From: Minisyncoccota bacterium
GTDB taxonomy: Bacteria > Patescibacteriota > Minisyncoccia > Phycocordibacterales > DATDWN01
Direction: 5' to 3'
DNA: 64,000 bases
NCBI GenBank assembly: GCA_041674105.1
Contig: JBAYWK010000003.1
Span: 11,971 to 75,970 of the forward strand
Shown here: positions 40,915 to 50,056 of the stretch, one piece after another
Position numbering within the stretch: the first letter of the stretch is position 1
How the letters are laid out: each line of letters opens with the position of its first letter
Notes under the pieces: model-generated
Seen by the model: the letters and a program-made list of their open reading frames with translations, nothing else
What the model was told of the DNA's origin: nothing
Databases searched by the model: none
Made by a program: the position numbers and the translations under genes

Positions 40915-42366
40915 ATGGCATCTCTTTCTGAAATAAGAATTGCAAGATTAAATAAATTGGAACTTTTGAAGTCAAAAGGTATAAATCCTTACCCTTCAAA
41001 AGTTCCAAGAGATTTTTCTTTGTCTAAAGTAAAAGAAGATTTTAAAGAATTTGAAATCTCCTCAAAAGATTTTTCAGTGGCTGGTAGAGTTATGACTCTT
41101 CGTGGTCAAGGTTCTATTTTATTTGCGGTAATTTTTGATGGTACAGAAAAACTACAGGTCATTTTGAAAAAAGATGAACTTCTAGAAGATGATTTTATTT
41201 TATTTACTGACACGGTTGATGTTGGTGATTTTATTTCTGTTACGGGGAAAGCCTTAACCTCTCAAAGAGGTGAAGAAAGTATTTTAGCAAAAAGTTGGCT
41301 GATGGCAGTCAAAACACTCCTTCCATTACCTGAAAAGTGGCATGGACTTCAAGATACAGAAGAAAGATATAGGAAAAGGTATTTAGATTTTCTAATGAGT
41401 GATGAGTCTAGAGATTTGATTGTTAAAAAAAGTAAGTTTTGGGATGTCACTCGAGAGTTTTTGAAATCAGAAGGATTTTTAGAAATAGAAACTCCTACTT
41501 TGGAGCTAACCACTGGCGGTGCCGAAGCTGAACCATTTAGAACACACCACAATGATTATGATTTGGATGTGTATTTACGAATATCTGTTGGTGAATTGTG
41601 GCAAAAAAGATTGATGGCGGGTAGTTTTCCAAAAACTTTTGAAATAGGTAGAGTCTATAGAAACGAAGGTGGAAGTCCTGAACATCTGCAAGAATTTACA
41701 AATATGGAGTTTTATTGGGGTTATGCTGACTACAAAGATGGTATGGAGTTGGTTAAAAAAATGTACAACAAGATTGCCAAAGATGTTTTTGGTACAACAA
41801 AATTTACAACCAGAGGACACACATTTGATCTGAGTGATGATTGGAAGGAAATCGGTTATGCAGATGAAATAGAAAGACAGATAGGTCTAGATATAACCTC
41901 TGCAGAAACATCCGAAATGGAAGATAAACTAAAAGAGCTTGATGTAAAATATGAAGGTAATAATAAAGAGCGTTTGATAGATTCTCTTTGGAAATATTGT
42001 CGTAAAAACATAACTGGTCCAGCTTTTCTGGTAAACCATCCTACTTTAGTTGGACCATTGGCCAAATTAAATCCTGATGGCAAGACAGTCCAAATGTTTC
42101 AACCGATAATTGCTGGCAGTGAGGTGGGCAGAGGTTATTCTGAGTTAAACGATCCAATAGATCAAAAAGATAGATTTGATATACAGCAAAGTCTGATAGA
42201 TTCTGGAGACAAAGAAGCCATGATGGCTGATTTTGAGTTTGTAGAAATGCTAGAGTACGGTATGCCTCCTACCTGTGGTTTTGGTTTTGGTGAAAGACTT
42301 TTTGCTTTTCTAGCTGACAAGCCTCTTCGTGAAGTTCAAACTTTTCCACTGATGCGTCCAAGGTAG
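40915..42366 (+). CDS. lysS: Lysyl-tRNA synthetase (class II)
   Basis: OB-fold N-terminus, class II motifs (FLEIETPTL, FEIGRVYRNEG, GFGFGERL). Confidence 0.9.
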   Translation: MASLSEIRIARLNKLELLKSKGINPYPSKVPRDFSLSKVKEDFKEFEISSKDFSVAGRVMTLRGQGSILFAVIFDGTEKLQVILKKDELLEDDFILFTDTVDVGDFISVTGKALTSQRGEESILAKSWLMAVKTLLPLPEKWHGLQDTEERYRKRYLDFLMSDESRDLIVKKSKFWDVTREFLKSEGFLEIETPTLELTTGGAEAEPFRTHHNDYDLDVYLRISVGELWQKRLMAGSFPKTFEIGRVYRNEGGSPEHLQEFTNMEFYWGYADYKDGMELVKKMYNKIAKDVFGTTKFTTRGHTFDLSDDWKEIGYADEIERQIGLDITSAETSEMEDKLKELDVKYEGNNKERLIDSLWKYCRKNITGPAFLVNHPTLVGPLAKLNPDGKTVQMFQPIIAGSEVGRGYSELNDPIDQKDRFDIQQSLIDSGDKEAMMADFEFVEMLEYGMPPTCGFGFGERLFAFLADKPLREVQTFPLMRPR

Positions 42367-42431
42367 TATTTACAGTAGTATTTACATCTTTTTTAAAGAG
42401 GAGTAGGATTTATAAAGGAAAGGAGATTTTA

Positions 42432-42569
42432 GTGTCGGAAGATACTAAAACCATTCTTAAAATCAGGAGGAAGTCCTTTTGTCCTCCAAAAAATAGTTCC
42501 CTAGAGCGTCTATACAGAAGACGCCGATGGGCTCGAGAGGAACTCTCTCGAAAAACAAATCGTTTCTAA
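42432..42569 (+). CDS. Possible small basic protein (45 aa, GTG start)
   Basis: Strong SD AGGAGA 7 nt before GTG. Product (M)SEDTKTILKIRRKSFCPPKNSSLERLYRRRRWAREELSRKTNRF. Terminator immediately after. Confidence 0.3.
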   Translation: MSEDTKTILKIRRKSFCPPKNSSLERLYRRRRWAREELSRKTNRF

Positions 42570-42580
42570 ATCGTTTTTAA

Positions 42581-42621
42581 ACCCTTGATTGTAACGGAAG
42601 ACAATCGAGGGTTTTCTTTTT
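42581..42621 (+). terminator. Rho-independent terminator
   Basis: CCCTTGATTGT-aacggaaga-ACAATCGAGGG followed by TTTTCTTTTT. Confidence 0.7.
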
Positions 42622-42689
42622 GAAAAAATCCTATTTTATATAGGGTTTTTTCTTATCCACAGGTTAGAGTGGTAAGGGGTGTTTTTCTG

Positions 42690-42734
42690 TGGGATGAAGT
42701 GGTATATAATGTAAGCTAAGTGGGATGAAGTGGG
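42690..42734 (+). promoter_or_regulatory. Direct repeats GTGGGATGAAGTGG x2 bracketing a TATAAT box upstream of mraZ (candidate MraZ operator / Pmra)
   Basis: 14-mer repeated at 42690 and 42720, giving four GTGG motifs at about 10-bp phasing. TATAAT at 42706-42711. Confidence 0.5.
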
Positions 42735-42766
42735 AAACCATAAAGTTTCTATAATTTTTATAAAAG

Positions 42767-43201
42767 ATGCTTATCGGTGAATATACACACAGCATAGATG
42801 ACAAGAACAGAGTTTCGTTACCAGCGAAGTTTCGTTCTGAAATGGGGAAAAAAATGGTCGTAACTCCAGGATTGGATGCTTGTTTATTCGTCTTCACTCA
42901 CAAGGAATGGCAAAAGATAGAAGAGAAATTAAACCAATCTTCTCTTTTGCAGGCTGACAACAGAAGTTTTAACCGTCGTATGTTTGCCGGTGCGGTTGAA
43001 GTAGAAGTTGATTCAGTCGGACGTATTCTCATCCCAGATTTCCTTAGAGACATGGCTAACTTGAAAAGTAAGATTGTTTTCATAGGAGTTTCAAGTCGTT
43101 TGGAAATTTGGAATGAGAAAACCTGGACAGAATACAAGAGAGTTGTAGAAAAACAAGCTGATACTTTGGCGGAGAAACTTGGTCAGGTTGGAGTTCTATA
43201 A
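42767..43201 (+). CDS. mraZ: Division/cell-wall cluster transcriptional regulator MraZ
   Basis: Duplicated SpoVT/AbrB-like halves with DDKNRVSLP and DSVGRILIP motifs. Confidence 0.9.
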   Translation: MLIGEYTHSIDDKNRVSLPAKFRSEMGKKMVVTPGLDACLFVFTHKEWQKIEEKLNQSSLLQADNRSFNRRMFAGAVEVEVDSVGRILIPDFLRDMANLKSKIVFIGVSSRLEIWNEKTWTEYKRVVEKQADTLAEKLGQVGVL

Positions 43202-43210
43202 CTTATCTTT

Positions 43211-44101
43211 ATGCAGCACAAGACAGTACTTTTACATGAATCAATAGATGGTTTAAATCTATCGAAAGGTAATATTTTTGTAGATGGCACACTTGGAAAT
43301 GGTGGTCATACAGAGGAAGTTTGCAAGCGTTTTGGCAAAGAAGTTTCTATATTCGCTATAGACGAGGACGCAGAAGCAATAGAAAGAGCTAAAAAAAGAC
43401 TTTCTTCTTATGAAAACATTACTTATTTGAAAGGTAATTTTAGGAATATCTCGGAGTTAATAAAATCTGCTGGCGTGGATAAAGTAAACTCCATCCTGTT
43501 AGACATTGGGCTGTCTTCAAATCAGCTTGAAGAGTCTGGCAGAGGCTTTTCTTTTCAAAAAGATGAGCCACTTATAATGTCTTTCAAAAAAGATTTAACT
43601 GAAGAAGATTTAACAGCAAAAGAAGTTGTAAATACTTGGGATTTACAAAATCTGACTGATATCATTTCTGGCTATGGTGAGGAGAGATTCGCTTGGCGAA
43701 TTGCTAAAGCCATAGTCAGGTCTAGACAGATAAAAAGTATAGAAACTACAAATGAGTTGGCCGATATAATCATCTCAGCAACACCATTTTTTTATCACCG
43801 CCGTAAAATCCATCCGGCTACAAAAACTTTTCAAGCTTTGAGGATAGTGGTAAACGATGAGATTGAAAGCCTAAAAGAAGGTATTATAAAAAGTTTTGAT
43901 TTATTAGAAAAAGAAGGAAGACTCGGAATAATTTCTTTTCATAGTTTAGAGGATAGGGTGGTCAAAAATTATTTCAGAGATTTTGAAAAAGATGAAAAAG
44001 GAGAGAGGTTGACTAAAAAACCAATAATCCCAGAAGAAGCAGAAATAGAAGAAAACCCTCGTTCTAGAAGTGCAAAATTAAGAATCATTAAAAAATTATA
44101 A
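43211..44101 (+). CDS. rsmH: 16S rRNA (cytosine1402-N4)-methyltransferase RsmH
   Basis: SAM-binding DGTLGNGGH and DIGLSSNQL motifs. Confidence 0.9.
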   Translation: MQHKTVLLHESIDGLNLSKGNIFVDGTLGNGGHTEEVCKRFGKEVSIFAIDEDAEAIERAKKRLSSYENITYLKGNFRNISELIKSAGVDKVNSILLDIGLSSNQLEESGRGFSFQKDEPLIMSFKKDLTEEDLTAKEVVNTWDLQNLTDIISGYGEERFAWRIAKAIVRSRQIKSIETTNELADIIISATPFFYHRRKIHPATKTFQALRIVVNDEIESLKEGIIKSFDLLEKEGRLGIISFHSLEDRVVKNYFRDFEKDEKGERLTKKPIIPEEAEIEENPRSRSAKLRIIKKL

Positions 44102-44120
44102 GTTTAACAAAATAATAAAT

Positions 44121-44438
44121 ATGAAAACATACGTATCACAAATAGATAAGGAAAAAATAATATTCTGGGTTTTGTCTTCTGTTTTTGTATTGTGTATTGG
44201 TTTTTATATGTTCTGTATACATGCTACAATTCAGAATGTAGTCCTGCGAGAAAACTTAGAAGATAAAGCCACTGCTTTGTCTTTGGATATAGGAAATAAA
44301 GAATTTCAATATATCACGATGAAAAATAGAGTGAATCTGGCTATGGCATATTCTTTGGGGTTTTCACCTGTTTCAAATAAAACTTTTATATCTAAAAAAT
44401 CTGTAGGCTACGTATCTTATCGTTCAAATGAAATTTAG
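44121..44438 (+). CDS. FtsL-like small bitopic membrane protein
   Basis: Single TM, sits between rsmH and ftsI. Confidence 0.35.
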   Translation: MKTYVSQIDKEKIIFWVLSSVFVLCIGFYMFCIHATIQNVVLRENLEDKATALSLDIGNKEFQYITMKNRVNLAMAYSLGFSPVSNKTFISKKSVGYVSYRSNEI

Positions 44439-46128
44439 TCACATTGGTAGAATCAGAGCAGTATCAATAATAATAATTATTTTTGCCTTTTTCATAATAG
44501 GTAAATTATATGTTGTTCAGATAGTAGAAGGAGATACTTATTCTGAAAAAGCAGACAGACAATATTCTTCATCTGGAGGGAGTTTATTTACTCGTGCCAG
44601 TATTTTTTTTCAGAGTAAAGACGGAGAGCTTGTTTCTGCTGCAACATTGAAATCTGGATATATCATAGCTGTAAATCCACAAATAATAAAAAACCCAGAG
44701 GAGGCTTATAATAAGCTAAATGAAATTTTTCCTATAAACAAGGAGGATTTTTTAGCTAAAGCTACAAAAGTGGATGATCCTTATGAGGAGATAGCCAAAC
44801 GTGTAGATGAGGAAGTTGGTCTAAAAGTAGCCGATTTAAAAATATCAGGATTAAATATATATAAAGACAGGTGGAGGTTTTACCCAGGAGGAAATATAGC
44901 AGCTCATACTTTAGGATTTATGGGTTATTCCGGCAACGATTTTGCCGGTAGATATGGTTTAGAGAGATTTTATGAAAATAATTTAGAGAGAAAACCGACT
45001 TCTTATATAAATTTTTTCGCTCAAGTTTTTGCAAATATTTCAGATGACAAAATAAACTCAAATAGTGGGGACATTGTTACTTCTATAGAGCCAACTTTAC
45101 AACTTTATTTGCAAGAAGAGTTGGCTAGTACGACAGAAAAGTGGAATTCAGAATATACTGGAGGTATAATAATGAATCCAAAGACAGGTGAAATATATGC
45201 CATGTCTATAGATCCTTCATTTGACCCAAACGATCCTCAGTCACAGAAAAGTTCTGTCATCTTTTCAAATAAATTAGTAGAAGACGTGTACGAGATGGGA
45301 TCTATTATAAAACCTCTAACTGTCGCTATGGGTATCGATATGGGACTCATTTTACCCTCAAGTACTTATTACGATTCTGGATCAGTCATGGTGTCTGGTA
45401 AAAAGATATCCAACTTTGACGGCAAAGAAAGAGGAGTGGTGACAATACAAGAGGCTCTTTCAGAGTCTTTGAATGTGGGAATGGTTCATATAGCCAAGCT
45501 TGTTGGTAATGATAAACAAAGAGAGTATTTTTACAACTTTGGCTTAAACCAAAAAACCAACATAGATTTACCAAACGAATCCGCAAATCTTGTTAAAAAT
45601 CTTGAATCACCTAGAGATATAGAACATGCTACAGCTTCTTTTGGGCAAGGTATCGCTATGACACCCATATCTACCATTAGAGCTTTGGCCACCATTGCTA
45701 ATGGCGGGGTTTTGGTAGAACCTCATCTTGTAAAGACTATAAATTACAAAACAGGTCTTTCTAAAAATTATGTTGCACCACCTGTAACCAGGGTTATAAA
45801 ACCAGAAACAGCTGAAGAAGTAACTCGAATGATGGTTTATAGTGTAGATAATGTTTTACTCGGCGGTAAGGCCAAAATAGAGAATTACAGCGTAGCTGTA
45901 AAGACTGGTACAGCACAGATTGCAAAACCAGGAGGAGGGGGTTATAGTGAGACAGATGTCCTACATTCATTTGTTGGCTTTGTTCCAGCTTATGATCCAC
46001 AGTTTTTTATTTTCCTTTATACAGTAAAGCCAAAAGGTATTAGATTTAGTTCCGAGACGTTGACTTTACCATTTTTCGATATTGTAAAGTTTGTAATAAA
46101 TTATTATGAGCTTACTCCGGACAGGTAG
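44428..46128 (+). CDS. ftsI: Penicillin-binding protein (FtsI/PBP3-like divisome transpeptidase)
   Basis: N-terminal TM, SxxK (MGSIIKP), SxN (SESLN), KTG (KTGTAQ). Confidence 0.8.
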   Translation: MKFSHIGRIRAVSIIIIIFAFFIIGKLYVVQIVEGDTYSEKADRQYSSSGGSLFTRASIFFQSKDGELVSAATLKSGYIIAVNPQIIKNPEEAYNKLNEIFPINKEDFLAKATKVDDPYEEIAKRVDEEVGLKVADLKISGLNIYKDRWRFYPGGNIAAHTLGFMGYSGNDFAGRYGLERFYENNLERKPTSYINFFAQVFANISDDKINSNSGDIVTSIEPTLQLYLQEELASTTEKWNSEYTGGIIMNPKTGEIYAMSIDPSFDPNDPQSQKSSVIFSNKLVEDVYEMGSIIKPLTVAMGIDMGLILPSSTYYDSGSVMVSGKKISNFDGKERGVVTIQEALSESLNVGMVHIAKLVGNDKQREYFYNFGLNQKTNIDLPNESANLVKNLESPRDIEHATASFGQGIAMTPISTIRALATIANGGVLVEPHLVKTINYKTGLSKNYVAPPVTRVIKPETAEEVTRMMVYSVDNVLLGGKAKIENYSVAVKTGTAQIAKPGGGGYSETDVLHSFVGFVPAYDPQFFIFLYTVKPKGIRFSSETLTLPFFDIVKFVINYYELTPDR

Positions 46129-46160
46129 GCATTTGAGAAATTAGCATTTAAATTTTTTCA

Positions 46161-47450
46161 ATGAAGAAATATATTAAAAGATTATTCCGATACGAGGCTT
46201 CTTTAGTGCTTAAAAAATATAAACCAAAAATAATCGTCATTATTGGTAGTGTTGGGAAGACTAGTACAAAGGAGATGGTTTACAGTGCCTTGTCTCAAAA
46301 ATATTTTATTAGAAAGAATGAAAAAAGTTTTACAGCCAGTCTTGGTATACCTTTGGTTATTATAGGTGGTGTATTTGGTAGAGGTTCTTTATTTGATTGG
46401 TTAAAAAATTTATTTAGAGGTTTTATCTTAATTATTAAGAAAGTTAAATATCCAGAGTATTTAATACTTGAAGTAGATAACGATAAGCCGGGTGATTTAA
46501 AAACTGTAAGTGAGATGCTTTCTCCTGATCTGGTGGTTATGACAAGCATAGGTGATATGCCAACTCATGTAGAGGTTTTTGGCTCTAAAGAAAAGGTTTT
46601 GAAAGAGTATGATGATTATTTAAAATCTCTAAAACCAGAATGTAAGATTATTTACAATAAAGACGGTGAAGTTGTACGCTCCCTAATAGAAAATAAAGAT
46701 TTTGAAAAAATATCTATTACTATAGATGGTGAAGGTAATATAAACGCAGATAATAGAAAATTTTTGTATGGTAAAAATGACGGAATGAATATCTTGACCG
46801 GAGTGTCTTATGACATCGGCAGAGGAGATGAAAAACAAAATATAATTATTTTTGATTCTATTGGTATACATAGTAAGTATGCGACACTGCTTGCTTGTGG
46901 GGTCGGGATTTTTTTAGGTATACCTTTTCTAAAGAGTGTTTCTTTGCTCTCAAAATATAAAGTCTTACCCGGAAGGATGAAAATTATTTCTGGAATAAAA
47001 AATACTACTATAATAGATGATTCTTACAATTCTTCTCCTGTGGCTATGAACGAAAGTCTAAATACATTTAGTAGACTAGATATTTCAGGTAAAAAGATTG
47101 TGGTTATTGGAGATATGTTGGAGTTAGGAAAATATTCTGGAGAAGAGCACAAAAAACTTGCTCATAAAATAAAAGACATAGCGGATGTTGTCATTTTTGT
47201 TGGCATAAGGACTAGACTGACAGGTGAAGAGCTTCTAAATCTGGAATATCCAAAAGAAAATATTTTCTATTTTGACGATTCAGAAAATGCTGGTAAATTT
47301 TTACAAAATTATATTCAAAAAGGGGATTGTATTCTAGTAAAAGGTTCTCAGGCTATGAGAATGGAAAAAACTGTAGAAGAAATAATGCGTCATCCCGAAG
47401 ACAAAAAAACCCTGTTAGTTCGCCAAGAGCAAGAGTGGCGGAGGAGATAA
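46161..47450 (+). CDS. murF: Mur ligase family protein, probable UDP-MurNAc-pentapeptide synthetase MurF. The last ~20 codons are GC-rich foreign sequence.
   Basis: GSVGKTSTKE P-loop, Mur ligase middle and C-terminal domains. GC jumps at about 47395. Confidence 0.7.
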   Translation: MKKYIKRLFRYEASLVLKKYKPKIIVIIGSVGKTSTKEMVYSALSQKYFIRKNEKSFTASLGIPLVIIGGVFGRGSLFDWLKNLFRGFILIIKKVKYPEYLILEVDNDKPGDLKTVSEMLSPDLVVMTSIGDMPTHVEVFGSKEKVLKEYDDYLKSLKPECKIIYNKDGEVVRSLIENKDFEKISITIDGEGNINADNRKFLYGKNDGMNILTGVSYDIGRGDEKQNIIIFDSIGIHSKYATLLACGVGIFLGIPFLKSVSLLSKYKVLPGRMKIISGIKNTTIIDDSYNSSPVAMNESLNTFSRLDISGKKIVVIGDMLELGKYSGEEHKKLAHKIKDIADVVIFVGIRTRLTGEELLNLEYPKENIFYFDDSENAGKFLQNYIQKGDCILVKGSQAMRMEKTVEEIMRHPEDKKTLLVRQEQEWRRR

Positions 47451-47508
47451 AGAAAAACCGCCCGAGTTCTCTGCACAACTTGGTGCGGAGATCTCAGACG
47501 GTTTAGAG

Positions 47509-48357
47509 CTAATTGCGATCGGCGTTGACAGTCAGGTTTCCCTGCTCGTCCTCATCTACCCGAAGGTTTTTGTATCCCTCCATTTTGGCGAAGACGTTAC
47601 CGTCTTTGCCAATGGTTAGTCGGAACCTTCTGGTCCGAGTTGGCGGCTGTTTCTCCGGCTCCTCGTTTTGAGGAGGAGTTACTGGAGGAGTCTGTGGTTG
47701 TACAGGTGCAACCAGTGGCATCAGTTGGACTGGAGTTGGTCGCGGTGTTAGCGGTGCCGGAGTCGGAGCAGGAGTTGGTGGAGTCGGCCTAAGAGGACGT
47801 CTACCTTCTCTCCGGTTCTGGATTACTCGGTAGACTGCGTATCCAAGCAAGGCCAGAAGAGCCATAAACAGAAGTAAGGGGATCAGAGATCCCAAAATTT
47901 CTGCAAGTCCTCCCCAGGAACGTCCCATGGCATTTTTGAAACGCCCCCATGCAGATAGTGGAGCGTGTTCATTACCAGATATATTGGAATACGTTACCGT
48001 GCTGGCGACTTCTTCCACAGGCTTTGGGACCTCCACCAACCTGTTTCCGCAGTCCGCTTTGTAGCGGATTGTGCCAGTGGTGTCCACGAGGACTATTGTG
48101 TTTGCTGGAAGTGTCTCCAGGACAAACCGTCCTTTGTTGTCGCGAAGCCCGCGGAAGTGGTTTTGAACCACAATTGCCTTCCGTAGGAAATGAGGCGCGA
48201 GCCGCATTTCGGCCTGCTGTCGTGTCGACAGCGGACCGGAAACGACGGGGAACTTGTCCATTTCAGCATCCGCTGGAATGGTGAACTCTCCACGTTGTGC
48301 GAATACTGGCAAAGCCAGCATCGCAAAAAAGATTGCAAAAAACCAAACTTTCTTCAT
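47509..48357 (-). CDS. GC-rich secreted/membrane proline-rich protein (282 aa)
   Basis: Signal peptide, a second TM, and a PTPPTPAPTPAPLTPRPTP low-complexity region. About 55% GC. Confidence 0.5.
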   Translation of the reverse strand: MKKVWFFAIFFAMLALPVFAQRGEFTIPADAEMDKFPVVSGPLSTRQQAEMRLAPHFLRKAIVVQNHFRGLRDNKGRFVLETLPANTIVLVDTTGTIRYKADCGNRLVEVPKPVEEVASTVTYSNISGNEHAPLSAWGRFKNAMGRSWGGLAEILGSLIPLLLFMALLALLGYAVYRVIQNRREGRRPLRPTPPTPAPTPAPLTPRPTPVQLMPLVAPVQPQTPPVTPPQNEEPEKQPPTRTRRFRLTIGKDGNVFAKMEGYKNLRVDEDEQGNLTVNADRN

Positions 48358-48493
48358 TCTATCTCACTTTCTGTCAAACTAACTATCTAAACGCTATTAT
48401 AACATATTCCTCTAAAAAAGCAAGTATTTTGTAGGATTACTATGCACTAAATCCTTGTATAAAACACAAAAAAATGGTTAATATATGTGTATT

Positions 48494-48565
48494 GGCCTTA
48501 TCGTCTAACGGTTAGGACGAAGCCTTCTCAAGGCTTAAATCGGGGTTCGATTCCCCGTAAGGTCA
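48494..48565 (+). tRNA. tRNA-Glu (anticodon CTC)
   Basis: Acceptor GGCCTTA/TAAGGTC, D-arm GTCT/GGAC, anticodon stem AAGCC/GGCTT with loop TTCTCAA, T-arm CGGGG-TTCGATT-CCCCG. Confidence 0.85.
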
Positions 48566-48670
48566 CAAGTAGACCCATCTTCTGATAGCTTTTGAATAAA
48601 TTCATGCAGTTGCTTGTTTTATTGTATTTTTTAAAGAAATATGACATATTTTGTGAGGAAGGAGGTTCTC

Positions 48671-49090
48671 ATGGGCGAACAATTTTGGAATTTTAATTGC
48701 AGGTATTGTGGTCGGCACTTGAAACTGACTGTACAAGAAAATAACCTTGGAAACAAAGTCGAAGTTCTTTGCCAGGGTTGTGGTCAACAGACATCTACAA
48801 TCATAGGCACAATAGAAAAGAGGGAAAATGTGGATCTACCTCTAGAAGTAAAACAAAAAATAGAAAAATTAACTAAAGAGATTCAAGAAAATTCAGATAT
48901 TCTTAATCTTGTTGAATCAATCTGGCAAGACGGATTTAGTTTAATGCTTGCCGTTGGGGTGTATGAAAATAGATTCAATAATGAAACTATTTTTATTCCG
49001 AAAGTTGATAGTGATGGAAAAATCACTGATGGAACTTTCACTGAAACAGATGAAGAAGCTTTTCGCAAAGCGTTCAGGATCAAACTCTGA
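48671..49090 (+). CDS. Zn-ribbon (CxxC x2) protein, hypothetical (starts MGEQ)
   Basis: CRYCGRH...CQGCGQ. Strong SD AGGAGGT 5 nt upstream. GC-rich. Confidence 0.45.
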   Translation: MGEQFWNFNCRYCGRHLKLTVQENNLGNKVEVLCQGCGQQTSTIIGTIEKRENVDLPLEVKQKIEKLTKEIQENSDILNLVESIWQDGFSLMLAVGVYENRFNNETIFIPKVDSDGKITDGTFTETDEEAFRKAFRIKL

Positions 49091-49191
49091 TACGCTGCTC
49101 TCAAAGCCGACAATTAGAGCAATCCATTCCGGATTGCTCTTTCTTTTTAATGCAAAAAGTGTAATATTGGGGACGGAAAGGGTACATAGAT

Positions 49192-49446
49192 ATGATCTGG
49201 CAAGATGTTGTAATGATGATCGGGCAATTTGTGTTTTTCGTTGCCATGATACCGACAGTCAAAGCTGTCGAAAAACCGGCGTTCTCAACTTCTCTGGTGA
49301 CCTCAGCGGTCATCACTCTTTATATTCCAACTCTCTGGACACTTCACCTCTATGTGTCAGTTGTTTCTACCATCCTACTCGCTTTCGCTTGGTGGACGGT
49401 GACCTACCAGAGTTGGAAGAGAAGTCAGCTGGCCGCCAACTCCTAA
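49192..49446 (+). CDS. Small membrane protein (84 aa, 2-3 TM)
   Basis: Hydrophobic, RBS GAAAGGG, GC-rich. Confidence 0.4.
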   Translation: MIWQDVVMMIGQFVFFVAMIPTVKAVEKPAFSTSLVTSAVITLYIPTLWTLHLYVSVVSTILLAFAWWTVTYQSWKRSQLAANS

Positions 49447-49477
49447 TAAAGATTCGCCAAAAACGGCAAAACTAAAT

Positions 49478-49512
49478 ACTCGTCACTACCTTCAGCGACG
49501 AGTTTTCTTTTT
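49478..49512 (+). terminator. Rho-independent terminator
   Basis: ACTCGTC...GACGAGT followed by TTTCTTTTT. Confidence 0.55.
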
Positions 49513-49552
49513 AAAACATCGAGGATTTTGACAGTGGGGAAATTAGGGGTAC

Positions 49553-49582
49553 TTGACTTTTGTATACAAAGTGTGCTATAAT
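49553..49582 (+). promoter_or_regulatory. Promoter module A: TTGACT-18-TATAAT with the palindrome TTGTATACAA in the spacer
   Basis: ACTTGACTTTTGTATACAAAGTGTGCTATAAT, near-identical to 50859-50890 and to the minus strand at 61339-61372. Confidence 0.6.
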
Positions 49583-49600
49583 TAAGGGTAGGAGGTGTTC

Positions 49601-49897
49601 ATGGGACAAGCAGAAGTTGATTTAAATGGTGGAGTCACCATTGTTAAAATCGGAGGGAAGCCATTCGAAACTGTCATCGATAAGCAAGGAATTCAGAGGT
49701 TTAAGACCGACAGACTGATAAACTCTTTGTATGAAATCGGTAGTATTGACCTCAATCAACTTGCGGTTCAATACCAGCGCGGGGCATTCACTCAGGAGGA
49801 ATATCTAAGGTTTTATACCGGTATCGGGTGTTCCGTGACCGGCTTATATGACCTTCCTTTTTTTCTCGATTTGGAGATCGAGAATCCGCTATGGTAA
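49601..49897 (+). CDS. Small hypothetical protein beginning MGQAEVDLNGG (98 aa)
   Basis: Strong SD GGTAGGAGGT. GC-rich. Start re-set to ATG 49601. Confidence 0.5.
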   Translation: MGQAEVDLNGGVTIVKIGGKPFETVIDKQGIQRFKTDRLINSLYEIGSIDLNQLAVQYQRGAFTQEEYLRFYTGIGCSVTGLYDLPFFLDLEIENPLW

Positions 49898-49905
49898 CCA
49901 ACCGT

Positions 49906-49942
49906 AAAACCGCTCGCGCCAAGAGGTGTCGAGCGGTTTTTT
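49906..49942 (+). terminator. Terminator module T1
   Basis: AAAACCGCTCGCGCC-aaga-GGTGTCGAGCGGTTTTTT. Near-identical to 50805..50842. Confidence 0.7.
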
Positions 49943-49990
49943 ACAAACCTAAATTTTTTTATCTTCCCTCAAATTTCACCAAAAAACCCT
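49943..49990 (+). repeat. About 45-nt cassette-junction motif, copy 1 (ACAAACCTAAATTTTTTTATCTTCCCTCAAATTTCACC...)
   Basis: Recurs at 51371..51417 with about 90% identity, each time between a terminator and the next gene's promoter. Confidence 0.45.
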
Positions 49991-50056
49991 TTACTTATTG
50001 ACTTTTATATTGTTTAAATATAGGATGTTTTACGGAGTTTTTGAAAGGAGAGCGCG

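Noticed and set aside
42690-42734. Direct repeats GTGGGATGAAGTGG x2 considered as a mini CRISPR array
   Set aside because: Only two units, 30-bp period, no cas genes, and they bracket a -10 box directly upstream of mraZ. This matches MraZ operator architecture instead.
47949-48390. Five overlapping 60-110-aa ORFs on both strands
   Set aside because: They are embedded within, or antisense to, the GC-rich Pro-rich protein gene 47509-48357. This is an artefact of high GC.
49560-49580. Palindrome TTGTATACAA in the promoter spacer considered as a LexA (SOS) box, which would link to the S24-domain protein
   Set aside because: It matches neither CTGT-N8-ACAG nor the Cheo box GAAC-N4-GTTC. The S24 domain in 51819-53858 is a peptidase domain without a DNA-binding HTH. 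Operator for an unknown repressor is the most that can be said.
49601-49640. MGQAEVDLNGG N-terminus considered as a double-glycine bacteriocin leader
   Set aside because: Only 11 residues. It lacks the conserved hydrophobic/acidic pattern (LSxxELxxIxGG), and no C39-peptidase transporter is present. Kept as a weak speculation only.
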